A stretch of DNA of 64,000 nt from positions 23,931,504 through 23,995,503 of the forward strand of contig OZ037765.1 in assembly GCA_964035545.1 (NCBI GenBank), in the 5' to 3' direction. The notes beneath the pieces are model-generated. The model did no database searches. It was not told the origin of the DNA and saw nothing but the letters and a program-made list of their open reading frames with translations. Positions within the stretch are counted from its first letter, which is position 1. The number at the start of each line of letters is the position of its first letter. This document shows positions 39,501-54,500 of this stretch, one piece after another. Source of the DNA: Bugula neritina. Taxonomy: Eukaryota > Animalia > Bryozoa. The translations under genes and the position numbers were made by a program.

Positions 39501-42500
39501 TACACATGTGTAAAAGGCAAATTGCATGAGTAAACACATCATGTAAGGAATATGAAAGTGTTATAACTGAACTAGGGAAACTATTATTACAAAGCAATGC
39601 TGAGTAGTAATATATAGTATAGGCCTACAAAATTATGTGTGCACATAAAGTTATAATTGATAAACATTAAAAAGAACTTTTCCCTTTAGTAAAATTAAAT
39701 CTTGTGACAATAAAAAGCGCATGTTTAGCCAGTAGACAAGTGAACACAGAGGTATAAGTACTGTAACAGCAAGGTATGTATACTACTATCAAATGGTTCT
39801 ATTACTCGTACCAGAATCATTGCCAAGGTAGACAGGTTGAGAGTGCCATGACCCTAGCACACAGTACCATCCCGGATCACACGGCCCTGCAGGTAACTCT
39901 GCCCCAGCTGTAGGACAGTATTGTCCAGGTGGACAGAGCTGGCAGAAGTCAGGTGATGTGGCCATAGTCTGATTGTTATAAGTTCCGTTAGGACACGGGT
40001 ACTGCGTCTCAAACTCTGTGTTGCTGAGACAGTAATGACCTGCAAATTAGAAATCAGTTACATATTATTAATCAATTGGTTATAAATATCACTTTGATAT
40101 AGCATATTATGTTATAAAATTGCAAAATATTTGGGATAAACAGATAAGCTATAATTCAAAATGATATATTAATTATGACTTTTAAAAAAAAACTATGAGG
40201 TCTGTAAAACTATAGTTGACAAATTAGATTAAAGTTAATTATATGCAATGAGGACATGTACATATTATAATAATACTCATGCTGCAATGTAGTGGGAGTG
40301 AGCTAATACATAAATCAGATTTAAAGTATTCAAGTGGAGAACTATTTTTGTATCTAGTTGCTTTACGGCTTCTTATCCACTCTTCATATCACGGATCACA
40401 AAACCACAATGCCATGACAAGACACACCAGCTCACAGAAGCTGTGATGCCAGACGAGATTATATTAGTACACAGTATATGTGTCAGTGTGCCTACCAACT
40501 GGACACTCTGTTTGATTAGCACTTCCCAGGTCACAGTAGTAGCCCTCCAAGCAGTCTAGACACGTCTGCTGCTCAGGAAGGGGGTTGTAAGTGCCGGCAG
40601 CACAGGGGGTTGGGGAGGTGGAACCCCTCTCGCAGTAAGTACCCGGCGGACATGGACCTCCGCTCTCACTGTCAGTTAACGGTGAAGAACTGTTACTTCC
40701 TTCTTTACAGTAGAATCCAGCGTCACATTCATCTACTGGGTTAGCCAGACCTAGACACACAGCATAAAGATATTAGGAAACCGCCTATTAATTATTTGAA
40801 ATGCAATAGATAAAACTCATCAGCAAAAAGAAAGTTTACCTGGAAGATCGCAGTACCATCCAGCTGGACAGGGTTGACAGGCAGCGTCAGTGTTGAGAGT
40901 TTCATTGTTGAAAGTGCCTGGCTGACAGGGTAGAGGGTTAACAGTACCAGCAGGGCAGTAATATCTGTAACAGAGGTCATAGTAACAAAGGAGAATAAGA
41001 GTTGCACTAACTACACACAATAGCTACACCAACACTTGATAACAACAGCATGACACCAACGTTAATAACTGACAACTACAGAACCTGAGCAAATGTCACA
41101 ATATATCCATTTAAATTACACACCAAAACAACTACAGCGACAAGAATATTTAAAGGACTTTACCCAGCAGGACATGGACCAGCTAGATCCTCAAAAGAAG
41201 GCGTGGCAGATTGAGCTGCAGACGTACAGTAGTATCCAGCATCACATGCAGCCGTCACAGAAGTAGCGTTATACTCATCACAATAATAACCACCTGGTAG
41301 TAATGAAACAGGTATAAGAAACGGCAAACAGAGCCATAGGTAAACCAGTCAACTGTAACAGTAAGTATTCAATACATTAAAACATAAACCAAGCAGCAGA
41401 AAGTACCTGTACATGGTGTACACTGTGTCTCATTGCTCAACAGTGTAGCTGTACTGAAAGTGCCTAATGGACACGGAGTCCAAACATAACCTGTGCCGGC
41501 AAGACAGAAGAATCCCATCGGGCACGGAGCAGGTGTGACATCAGAGATGCCGGGGACACAGTAATGTCCGGGTGTACAAGAGTCACATTCAGCCATTCCT
41601 GTGACATCAGCGTAAGTCCCGTCTTCACATGGAAGTGGCAGTGCGCTGCCCGTGGGACAGTAATGACCTTGAGGACAGATGTCACCGGTTGAGCCATCAG
41701 AAGGCTGAGCTGTGGTGGCGTTACCACGGCAGTAGTATCCAGCAGAGCAGTTACCTGCGGTAGTCTCAGCCCCAGGGCTAGGGCAGTACTCACCAGCATC
41801 ACATGGTGCACACTCTTCTAGTGAGCCAATTCCTGTTTGCAATAAGATTGTGTTTTCATGACGAACTACATCATGTAGTAAAATATAATACTAAAAAATT
41901 AAATAGTAAATGAGAAGCAAACCCTATAGGCTATAACTCATAATACAAACTTGTACAATATTATGAGTTGAAAAGAATATAAAGTATAGTGACAATGCGC
42001 GGACTAGACCAACCTGTTGAAGGATTGTATGTGCCACTAGGACAAGGTGTTCCAACTTCACTCCCGGCAGGACAATAATGACCGACTGGACAGACACCAC
42101 CAGTGATGTTATCTCTGGGCGCAGAGCTGGATGCTGCTAGGGTACAGTAAGAGCCGGCAAGGCATTCGCCAGTTGGCTGGGTTAGACCAGGTGTTAGACA
42201 GTAATGGCCTCCTATACAGTCGCTACACTCCGCTTCAGCCACTAACTCTGTCAGGTTGCTATAAAACACAGGGTAAATGTTTTATGAAAACTTTGATTTA
42301 AGTACAATTTGAATTATATAGCAAAATATAAGATACAGCACTAACTCACTTTTCAATTATACACAAATTTGTGCAATGAAAGTTCAAATTCCACTTTTGA
42401 CTTGTTGTATTCTTTATTCTATGTGAGTTTATATTATAGAACAACATTAGAATTCAACACAAGTTGCTATACATACTATTCACACCACGGTTTAAGTTGT

Positions 42501-45500
42501 TTGTTACTTACTTGAATGTACCAGCTGGACAAGGATATTCTGTAGCTGAAGATGTACCAGATGGACAGTAGTGGCCTTGTGGACATATGACTGGGTTCTG
42601 TACACCATGGTCACACACCGTATCATTCTGAATAGTTCCATCACAGTAGTAGCCAGGCAAGCAGGTCTTACAGGAGTCCTGGTGTACACAATATACAACT
42701 ATTTTATCTCATTGACAAAATTTATGAATCAAATGAATTTAAAATTTGAACCAATAAAAAGTTTCACAGAAACAAACTCATAACTCACCTGAGCAAATAG
42801 GTCTTGGTATTCGCCAGGTGGACAGGATATTTGCTCTGAGCTACCTGTAGGACAGTAATGACCAGGTGTACACGGGTACCAGGTAGGGTTGGACGTATTC
42901 AGTCCCAGAGGACAGTAGTAGCCGGCTGAGCAGCTTCCAGATGGTTCTATCAGGCCGTAGTCAGAGCAGTAAAATCCTACAACATAATCAACTAATCAAA
43001 ACCTATACATCCAGTGTTTTAGCTCCTTTAAAACAGATTACAAACATACTTTTGAAAAAAGGAATTAATTACGAACTTCTGTTTCGTATGCATCACTTAA
43101 AGTAAAATCCTAGCTTTTACCTACTCAAAGTATAGTATTAAGTGTAACACAGTATCTTCACCTGCAGTACACTGTTCACAGTCATCCTCCATCATGTTTC
43201 CTGTTTGATTACTAAAAGTGCCAGGAGGACACAACTCAGGAGCGGCTGATCCAGTTGGACAGTAAGAACCTGGAGGGCAATAGTCTCCGGTGACACCATC
43301 AACTGGAGCTGCTGAAGCTGCACCACCACTGCAGTAGTAGCCAGCATCACATGGTGCTGTGTAGGTTGACTGGCCATGAAGTTCGCAGTAGTATCCTGTA
43401 GATATTAATACTGAAGTGTTACTGTAACTGATAGAGAGAAAAGTGTTTGTTTGAATTAAAATTTTTATTACAAAATTAAGAACTAAAGTTACTTTGTTAC
43501 GGAAAACAGTTGTTGAAATATTTGCCGAATTTTTTGGCTCACACAATTAATAAGTCAATATTAACAGGAAAATGACTGAGTAACCTTCTAGGCTATAATT
43601 TCAAAAAAAATTTGATACATAATATGTATATTTATTCATAAACAGTAGAACTAAGTATCTGAAATTAAAAATCCGTAATCTACATAATGATTGCAGCTAA
43701 TGAATTAGGTAATAACTTCAAGAGTTATGTAATATAACAGAAAGTTTAACAAGTGCTCTGAAAGTGACTTTAGATTGTATCAGTTAAAAATATTGTTGAA
43801 GCTAAAAAAGAGAAACATTTTAAAAATAATATAGCACAATTATATTATATTTGACTCATAAATACAAGTTACGATGAACAACATACAACAAGTGTAATGT
43901 GTACCTGCTTGGCAACTCAGAGGACGACTGGAACCAAGAGGGCAAAACTCCCCTGGGGTACACATCCCTCCTGTTTCATTTATACTACAAAAGCAGCTGA
44001 CAGTGACATTAGCATCTGAATAGCTAGTGTTCCCGATGTCATAAGGCCGGGGGCTGACAGCCGCCCGTACACAATACCATCCTTCATCACATGGACCAGA
44101 AGGCTGAGACAGTCCAGTAGTATCACAGTAGCTACCAGCAGTACACGGCATACAATCTTCTAGGGACTGTTGAGCTGTATAACAACACAAGCATTCATCA
44201 CAACACGCTAAGAAAAATTAGCAGCAACTCAAAATCCCGTTGGATAAACCAGAAAAATTAGCAAAATTAACAAAAATTAAGAACCCGGTTAAATCGATAA
44301 AAACATCATCATAAGTATATTCACCAGTATAGTTGTTGAAGTAGCCAGCTGGACACGGGTATTCTGTAGCATATCGAGTACCATTAGGACAGAAGTGACC
44401 GGTTGGACATGGTGTGTCCATGTAGCCAGTAGAATTCTCTACACAGTAGTAGCCTTCCAGACACTCAACACATTGGGATAGACCAGTTGTTGCAGCATAT
44501 GTACCTGCTTCACACCCCAGGGGCCATGATGTACCCCCTGGACAGTAGTGACCAACTGGACATGGACCACCTGAAACGAGAAATAGCAATTATTATCATA
44601 TATATTGTATCATTATATTATTATATATTTATATGAAAGATTACATCATTATAAGGTTTATCATATGGTTCATTAAAACATGTACATTCAGAAATATAAA
44701 ATAAAAGCCTGTTTAAATACATTTTCAAATTGATGGTGTTTTTCTATTTATACAAAAGATTAAATCATTATCATGTACTGTGGCATACCTGTTTCATCTT
44801 CAACAGCATTGTTAGCAACCTGAGCCCCAATAAGACAATAGAATCCCGGATGACATGGCCCTGTGGGTTCGGTGAGCCCCTCAGACCCGCAGTACATGCC
44901 GTAGGTACAGTTGAGACAATCAGTCACGGCCATGAGTTTAGTAGCATTACTGTAAGTACCCAGAGGGCAGGGGGTGGGGGTGGAGGACTGCTGGGGGCAA
45001 TAGGAGCCAGGGGAGCAAGGGCCTGCTACACCCGTCCCGTTCTCTACTTCTGGAGTTGCCGTATCAGAGCCTAAAGATTCAACATACAACTAATAGATAA
45101 ACTCAATGATTATGTCATGAAAAGCAGTTGTATGGCAAACAAACTAATAGTGAGATCACAAAAAGGCAGAAACTATATTACTGATACTACTTCAATACTA
45201 AGGCTCCTTCCATAAGGGTGAATTGCAGCAATTTTTAATAAAATTTTATTCACGCACTCAAGTGCATTACTGTTATTTATATACTAGTGTATAGGCCTAC
45301 ATCGGCCAACCCTACAGTAATAAATAGTAAGTAATACTAATAACAGTACAATTACAACACAACCTGAAAAACTCTCAGACTCATGGGTAACATTTAAGAT
45401 CATAGATAAGAGCTAGTGAGCTGTAAAAGTCGTCTGCATATTAGCAAAATTGAGGATTAGTCACAGTTTGAGTCATTACTTTCTCTGAGTAACAGACTTA

Positions 45501-48500
45501 CTTTTAGTCAACAATTATTTCCTTTCAAATAATTTATATACCTTATTAACAACTTTGTTCAACAAACATATCTTATAAGAGTAAGTAGACGTCATTCAAA
45601 CACACCATATGTTGTTCTCATCACTGATATAAATAGCATATTATTAAAAACAACCTTTCAAAATGTAGGTGTAGTAATAGAAATTAATTGGAAGAAATGA
45701 TAAAAAACATTGAATAAATTTATGTTTTAACAAAATTTTCAACCCACACCCCAAGCCAAAATTTTTGAAGAATTTAGACCATTGGAATTTCTCCATTGCT
45801 GCGCCTAAATATTTTTTGCAGTCATCAAACATTTTTCCTTTCAAAAGCTTGAAATACTAGACTCTATAACATTATAATATTTGCTACTTGTCTACAACTG
45901 CTACTGGCATATCTATAATTATCAGAATATAATTTAATAATGCATTTACCCAAATTCTGAGACAAAAATTTGGTTTCTCAATCTGCTTTTAGGCCATTGA
46001 TAAATCTTTTTCACCACTTTTAACAAATTATGAAAGCATTAAAAACTAAAACACAGATTTTTCTGATTCAGTAACTAAAAGTAAAATCATATAAGATAAT
46101 TATACTTCAACTGGTGAATTAAACCAAATTTCACATACATGTTTAATTACAATTACTAGATTATATCCATAACAAACATAACACCAACCTTCAGAACAGT
46201 AATATCCAGCATCACAAGGTCCAGTAACTGCTGTATCATTCAGTATTCCACAGAAAAAGCCTGGCATACATTGCTCACACTGGGCAGCTTCCCACAATCC
46301 TGTGTTTGTGCTGAATGTACCAAGAGGACATGACTCCCAAACCTGACCAGTACCTGTAATAATTACAATACTCAGTAGGGTGTACCTACATGAATAGATT
46401 ACAGCAGTCAAGTTAACTAACCACATGGATTAGAAGGGAGGTAAGCAATCGCCACTGTTTTACTAGATTTAGTGTCATGATATGTGGGTTCGTTTGCCTT
46501 CAAAGTACTCTATCATTGCTTTTCAGTAGAGATATTATAAGCATATTATAAAACAGAATTTTTAAAGAACAGAATGCACATAATTGTCACAAAGTCAAAT
46601 GGTAATAGTTTATATATAACAAGCACTTTTTTACTTGTTACTATGATATGTTACTTAACAGTTGCATGCATATTATCGTGGAATAGTTGTTTGCATTGAC
46701 TAGTAATTTTATTATACTAAATACTATAGTACCAGTTCTACACAATTCATGTACATTGTAAAATACAATAGAGATTATTATACCAAGAGTATAAAAGCAG
46801 ATGCTTTATTTATGCACTTGGGTTCAGTAATAAAAGTTCTATATACCACATAGCTCTACAATAAATGGCTATATCTACCACAACAGGAGATCTCATATCT
46901 AATTCTAATAGAGACAACATAATATTCTTAGACAACAGGTCTCTCTACAAAAGCTGCCACTGTATTCCAACTTTGCAACAAGATATATATATCTTTAATA
47001 AATTTATACTTGAAATGCAAACAAACCTTTAAACTTCAACTTCCTTAACCGAATGCAGTAATAAAAAAATAGATGAAGGCAGAGCTGATAGGCTGATAGG
47101 CTGATCTTACCATTTCTACAGAAGTATCCAGGAGGACAGAGTTCTGGTGTGAGGCCAGAAGTACAGTATCTGCCGTATGGACACTCCAGACACTCGGCAG
47201 CTTGCCTGTCCTCCATGTATGTGCCGTCAGCACAAGGAAGAGGGTCAGCGGTACCTACAGGACAATAGTGTCCAGGTGTGCAGCGCCCTCCTGACACGTC
47301 CCCATCATATGGCGGTGCTGCCTCAGACGCGTTCTCTCGACAGAAGTAACTTTAAACATAAACGCAGGTACAAGATTAAACACAAACAACACCATGCACA
47401 GACAGCATACTATAAAATTTGATCAACATATAAGTTTCAATCAATATTCTATCATCCAACTGAAAAAATATTTATTTGTTTGATTTATTTATTTATTACA
47501 TATCACAGACATGAAAACACTTGCGAAATTCAGTGTAAATACTGGCTATAATAACTAGACATGAACAAAAGTGGAGAAAGAAAAGAAAGTCAGAGGTCTA
47601 TTGGATTATTTAAAATAAAAGATCATTTAAAGTATTTACAAGGTGTCGTAAAAACTATCTCTGCCACATGCACTAGGAAAGAATGGAACATAGGTTTGCC
47701 GGTATGCAGCAACTGAAGGATTTCGGCTGGCAGCTTACCCAGCATCACAAAGCCCACTGGGGGCAGACAACCCCGTAGATCCACAGTAATATTTGCCAGG
47801 ACAAGGCTCACACTGATCTTCATGATAAAGACCTGAGGTGTTGCTATAAGTGCCTAAGGGACATGGCGTAGGCGTCTCTATTCCAGCTGGACAGTAGAAT
47901 CCTTCTGGACACAGCACTCCAGTGACACCATCTGTGGGGGTGGCTGTTGCGGATCCATTGATACACCAGTATCCAGCATTACAGTCACCTGAGTGAAAGA
48001 GTTTAGAGACAATTAATTCAGATCAAGTATATAAAATGCAATAAATTATGCAATATATGAAAAATAATACAGTATACATGCACTCCACATATCCTCTGAC
48101 ATTCAAAAGTTGAGAGAAAAGGCTAAAAGGAAGTGATAAAGACATAACTAACAAATAAAGTCAACATAGTCTATAATCTATTTAATCATTAAATAACAAC
48201 ATTACATCTAAACAACAATCAATACTGTCAACTAAAGTGAATAAATATTTACATAAAAATGAATAAATGTATAAATTTACTATATGAATATACCCCACAA
48301 TGATCAGATGACTATATTTATATTCAAAAAAAAAATCCAGCATGAAATGCAGATGCAGCAGAATATATTGTGTACCTGTGTAGGTTTCATTAGAGCCAAA
48401 ACAGTACTTCCCAGAGGGGCAGGGAATACAGTCGTCAACAGTTGTTCGTTGTACGGCGTCACTGTATGACCCAGGTGGGCAGCCATATTGTATAGAGAAC

Positions 48501-51500
48501 TCTGTACCTTCAGGGCAGTAATATCCAATTGGACAGTCATAGCTCGTGTAATCACTGATTGGCTGATCGTTAAAGTCACAATAGTAACCTAAACAAAAGG
48601 CAAAACCATACAACAAACGTATGAGTAGACTATAGCATGCATGTGAGTCAGATACTCTTTGACATAAAAGTACGCAGCAGCAGGATAAAAATAAAAATTT
48701 ATAGCAAAGTGCAAAAGTATTATATCTCGACATTAGAAGCCTTGATATTACATAGCTTCTGCTTATATCATTGTAAGAGACAAAAAGTGGTACAAAATAA
48801 AACCCTTGGTTTTTGTCATCCACACAAAACATGGAGGTCACACAATAAAAGTAAGTATTGTTTTAAAAATTAAATCTTAATATGTTTTTATATAGTTTTA
48901 TATATTTGAAAAAGCAGTTTTTAAAGAAGCTTTTATATGGTAGGGAGTTGTCTACCTTGAGAACAGAGTTTGCAGAACTCTTGAGCAGTCACATCTTGAT
49001 ATTGTCCAGCCGGACATTTCACTTCCTCGTGACTTCCTTCGGGGCAGTGATAACCCGGGGAGCACGGGAACGGGTTACTAATACTTTGTCCGCTAGGGCA
49101 GTAATATCCTAAAGTACGAGTATAAAAGTGGTGCTAATTTAGCGCATGTGCTAGAGGAGAGTGCAGTAACTTGCAACAAGATTTTAAAAGTTGTACAGTG
49201 TAAAAAAACCTTCAAATAAATAACTTAAACTTTTGTGTGCAACAATACTCGAACGTGTGAAATATTTGTATTATATAATACAGAAAATGTTTATCTACTT
49301 TCTTACATAGCAAAGACCAATAAACTCTTACAGAGAATAATTCTAAACTATAGAAAACCAAATTCAATATACTGTATAATACAGTCTTGGTTATTAAATA
49401 AGTGACCAATAATAAAACCCAAGTACCACCAATCACATAGTTATATCATTATACAAGAACCCACCTGCCATACAAGGCCCTGTAGGAGCAGTGAGACCTG
49501 TAGAGCCACAGTAAAACCCTTCAGTACAGTCTGTGCAGTCCGTCTCTTCATCCAAACCAGTCTGATTACTAAATGTGCCCAGTGGACATTCAGCTTGGTT
49601 GAGTCCACTTCCAGCACCTGTTTTAGATGAAATAGCATATGCCACTTTTACTTTGCAGCATTTTAAAATATCTTAATTTCAATTTCAAACTATCGAAATG
49701 AAATTATAGGTAATAATAACTAAAACATTACATTAATTCAACCTATTAATAGATTTTTTGTCCTAAGACTATAAAAACATGGCAATTAGTAAAACATAAG
49801 ATGCAAGCACAAGTATGATATGTTCATGCAACTTTCCTAAAACCAAAAGTTAAACAGAATGCACTTGTGGAATCAATATTAATAGACTGCTCTAAGATCA
49901 ATTCTACTAAAATTACGAAGCCATAAACTTGTGTTATGAGTTAATATCTACTTTTTAGAAGATGCCTAAAGTTTGTAGTAGAGATACAATATAAAGTTCG
50001 TATTTAAGGATTAAAGCAGTGGAACTGGCAAACATACCACAGTATCGGCCAGCGGGGCAACGGCCCCCAGTGTTGGGGTCTATAGGATCGGCCCTCACGG
50101 CAGACGAAGAGCAGTAGTACCCAGGATCACAGTCTCCACTGGGTTCAGTCAGTCCCGCCACTTCACAGTACTTCCCTTCAGAGCAAGGCACCGGCTCGTA
50201 GCTGCCTTCTGGACAATAGTACCCTGGCTGGCACTGCCCACCCGTCTGGTTGCTTGGACATATGCAGTCACCTGAGAAGTGCATTAGATATCAGCATACA
50301 CTATACAGGTTATAAAACAACTGTATTAAAATTAATTATTACCTAACTTTCAATTTATGAATTGGAACAACAGCAAAATAAATACAATTTTTGAGGTTAA
50401 AAACCCTAAATCAATTAATAAATCTTAGATTGAGCTGCAAGTTGAAAATCTTGCAAAATACGATTTCTGTTGCAATATTTCTCATCTGGAGCACATGCAT
50501 TTCTAAATTTCTCCACTACTGTACCTAGCGCTAAACTTAAAAAGAATATTTGCATACCTGCAAAATTTAAACTTAAATGAATACCTGCATAGCTTTAAAA
50601 ACTTACTTAAGTAACAAGCACTACCGCGTATATCAACTTTCTTACCTCCAAGAAACTGGTTGTAGTCCATAGGTGTGGCTGTCGCAGAGCCCAACACACA
50701 GAAGTGTCCAGCTTCACAAGGACCATCAGGATAAACGTTGGCCTCATTAGCGCAGTATCTGCCTGGGGGACACAAGTAGCAATCATTTGCACTCTGCCCT
50801 AGACTGTCATTGCGGTAAGTGCCAGGTGGACAGGGGTATTCTGTACCATACCGAGTTCCGTTGGGACAGTAGTAACCCTGAAAGATTACAAATACAATAA
50901 ATAACTGAAACGTTGCAGAGAAAGTTTTGCATGTTCTCATATTTAAGTTAAATGTAAAAAAACTAAAAATTCTAATAATGGAATAATTTTATTTCAGGAA
51001 CTTCCTTTCAGAAAAACTAACTTTAAAAAACCTCTGCATATCGGTATAAACACGAAAGAGCTCGCTGTTTTATTGTAGGCATATAATAGTAGTCTATACT
51101 CTGTTAACTTTACCTCGCCACAGGGAAATGATTCAAAGTCTGAAATGTTGCCAGTACAGAAGTAGCCTGCAGGACATGGGAAGCAGACAGCCTGGCCAGT
51201 AAGGTTGTTGTACTCCCCAGCCTCACATGGTAGTGGTGTGGATGTAGCAGCAGGACAGTAGTGCGAGATAGGGCACGGGCCCCCTTGCGCCTCGTTATCA
51301 CCTACACATAACATAAACTAAGTCTATATATAACTACAAATACAACTTAGAACAATTTAAGTCCTCAAAATAAAAGATCAGAATCGATTGAGAGACCAAA
51401 GTTCCGGTGACTAACCAGTTGGCGTGGGTTCTACGTTCCCTCTGTGACAGTAAAAGCCGGGATCGCAGTCTCCAGCGGGATTAGTCAGCCCTTCAGATGA

Positions 51501-54500
51501 ACAATATTGACCAAGAGCACAGTCTATACAGTCTGTATCCTTCTCAGCACCGGTGGTGTCTCTGTATGTACCGTTGGCACAGGGTATCGGATCCTTTATA
51601 GAGATACATGGCATTACATACACATCATGACCAGGCAGAGTAAATTAAACAGTAACATACTAAGACATTACACCAGCAATAGGCCTACAACAAGATCAAA
51701 GCTCTATATTTATAGAAGCGTTACCTCAGTTTGTATTGGACAGTAGTGACCAGTTGGACAAACCCCTCCTACAGCTCCGGCAATTAGTGAGCCACTGGTG
51801 GGCTGAGAGATGGAGTTCCCAGACTTACAGTAGTAGCCCGCGGCACATCTTTCCATACCAGTGTCGGTACGCGAGATGTCATACTTTTCTGCACCTTGCA
51901 CCTCGCAGTAGAACCCACCTAAGATATACATCACAATATATGCAGCAGCAGCTATAAGAATTATACAAACATAACTGATATTTAATCACATGTAATTTTA
52001 TCTTGAAATGTATGCATGTTGTATCTAATAAGGCTGGTGGATTATCAACTTAGAGTCTAAGGTTGCACTGAGTTACAAATATTAAATACTGTAACTGAAA
52101 CACAAAGTCATGCTAATAACTTGCAAGGTAGTCTAAGGGCCTGAATTACACAGAATTTCACTGATTGCCAAGCTTTACATTATGCAAATAGATTTTTCAG
52201 TCGATGTCTGGAAACAGTTACATGGAATGAAATCACAACCATAAGTTCATGGAAACCACAACCACAAATTCATTCTTACCAGCATCCATGGAAATGCAGT
52301 GTATGTAATGTAAGTTTAGATATAATGACAACCAATACACTCACCCAAACACGGAAGACAATCGTCTTCACTTTGCATATTGTATTCATCATTGAATGTG
52401 CCAACAGGGCATTTTGGAATAGTAGCATTAGTACCCTCAGGACAGTAATGACCGGGTGGGCAGTCCAGCCCTCTTACAATGCCATTTCCATTTCCAGTAT
52501 TCACGCAGTAAAGCCCAGCAGGGCAAGAGGTGCATTGTGTAGCACCAGTCTGGTTATTGTATGTGCCATCTTCGCAAGTGATCTCAAAACCTGCAAATAT
52601 AAGACAGAACACCATAGTTTACCAGAATAAATAACTTGGTGTTGCAATAATCAATGGTTCGGTCAATGATGTTATTTAAAAATAGTGACCTAGGGCTAAA
52701 AATGACCATTGCTAGTTTTTAGAGTAAACTAATTCTGATCAAGACACCTCCAGTAATTTCCTTTAGCAGGTAATAGAGCAACCTGTTAACACTAACCTGT
52801 ACCCTCAGGACAGTAGAAACCTTCAGAACATTTGTCACCAGTGACTCCGTCTAGTGGGGCAGGTGTGAGAGCCTTCCCTTGACAATAGTAACCGGCTTGA
52901 CAAAGGACATTAGGCTCCAGTAGAGCCAACCCAACACATGCCCATCCAGCAGTGCAGTCAAAGCATTCACTTTCCATTTTTAGACCAGTTTCATTGGAGA
53001 ATGTGCCATTAGGACACGGGTGGGTGGCATAGTCCGCAGTGCCTACAGTGTTATAATATAGCTAGTTATAGTTGCCCATTGCGAACTACATATTTGCAAA
53101 CATAAGTACTGCTTACCAAGTTTCTTTTAACATTTACTTCCTATAAAAATTTTTTTGCTCAGAAGCAATGCTGCTATGTCAAATTTAACTCCAATTAAAA
53201 TCACCTGCCATTTCGACCTTGATTTTAAGCTTTAATAGTTTTATGAAAGCTTTTAATAATTTCAAATAAGTACAAACTGCCTTATATCACTGTGTTCTAC
53301 ACCAGTAAGAACTTATATATTACCTGTTCTAAAAGGTTAATATCTTGTCTTTGTGACTAAGATACAAATAGAACTGATACAAGCTATCCATAGCATTGAT
53401 TGAAGAAATATCAAAAGTTGATTGCCATTATGCATACGGAAACGAGTCAACCTGCAGCAATAGACAGAATACGGCACAATACCTTCAGGACAGTAGTAAC
53501 CCTGGGGGCAGAGTCCACCATATTCAGATGTTATGTTTGGTTCTGCAGTTTCTGCTCCAGTCAAACAATAGAATCCAGCAGCACATGGGAAATCAGTGGC
53601 ATTCAGGCCTACCTTTGTGCAGGCAAATCCTACATATCATAGAAAATAGCATGCTTCACTATAAACACCGAATAACCTTTTTTTTTTTGTTACTCATTTA
53701 AACTTCTGGAAATACAGTATCTGCACATCTTTTCTAAATAAAGCTTAATTCAAATTTCTAAATAATAAAATATGTTGAGGCTATGAAAAATTTAGTTGTA
53801 GAATACAACTTGCTAAAGTTAGAGGTGCAAAAAATCCTGATACCTAATAAGTTATGTTGAAAGCAACTAACACAAGTTATCAGGATTATACATTTATAAA
53901 AACAAAATACATCAGCGGCTGAAGCATACAAAAACTTCAATTTCTCTATTAAATCATAGTATCACCTTTTCAAAGTTTACTACATATATAAGTTTCTCAT
54001 TGTTTTAATGACAAAAAATAGGATACCAAAGGAAATATGATTATTATGTCACAACTCTGTTTATAGCTGAGTCAGCAAATAGTGATAAATGTTAGTATTT
54101 GGATCACAAACAAAACTAAGATATATCTAATCAGTGCTAATGTAGCTAATGTGTAATACTACCTGCTGTGCAAGGTGTACACTCAGACTCTTTGGAGAGA
54201 CCTTCAGTTGGCGAATAGGTTCCACGAGGACAACCCGTAGGTAGCACAGATCTAGCAGGACAGTAGCTACCAGCTGGACAGAGAACTGGGTCAACGGAAC
54301 CTTCTAGACCACAGTAGTACGACTGAGGGCAATCCAGACATTCCGCTTGCCCTTCACTGTAATGTGTATGTATAAAACTCTTCTATCACCATTGCAAGTG
54401 GTTTAAACAGGCATTATATACTGTTATATACACTTTCTATCGAATGCTAAATCACCGATGGTTATGCCATTTTGCATAACACTTGTGAGTAATACCTAAC

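Noticed and set aside
46425-46510. Additional SINE copy (gtgggttcg B-box-like motif)
   Set aside because: Too degenerate; the family core and tail are not recognisable.
15880-51595. AAG acceptors (15880, 31607, 33573, 36836, 47350, 51594) as unusual splicing
   Set aside because: About 6 of 116 introns, within the ordinary range; all donors traced were GT and no U12-type signals were noticed.
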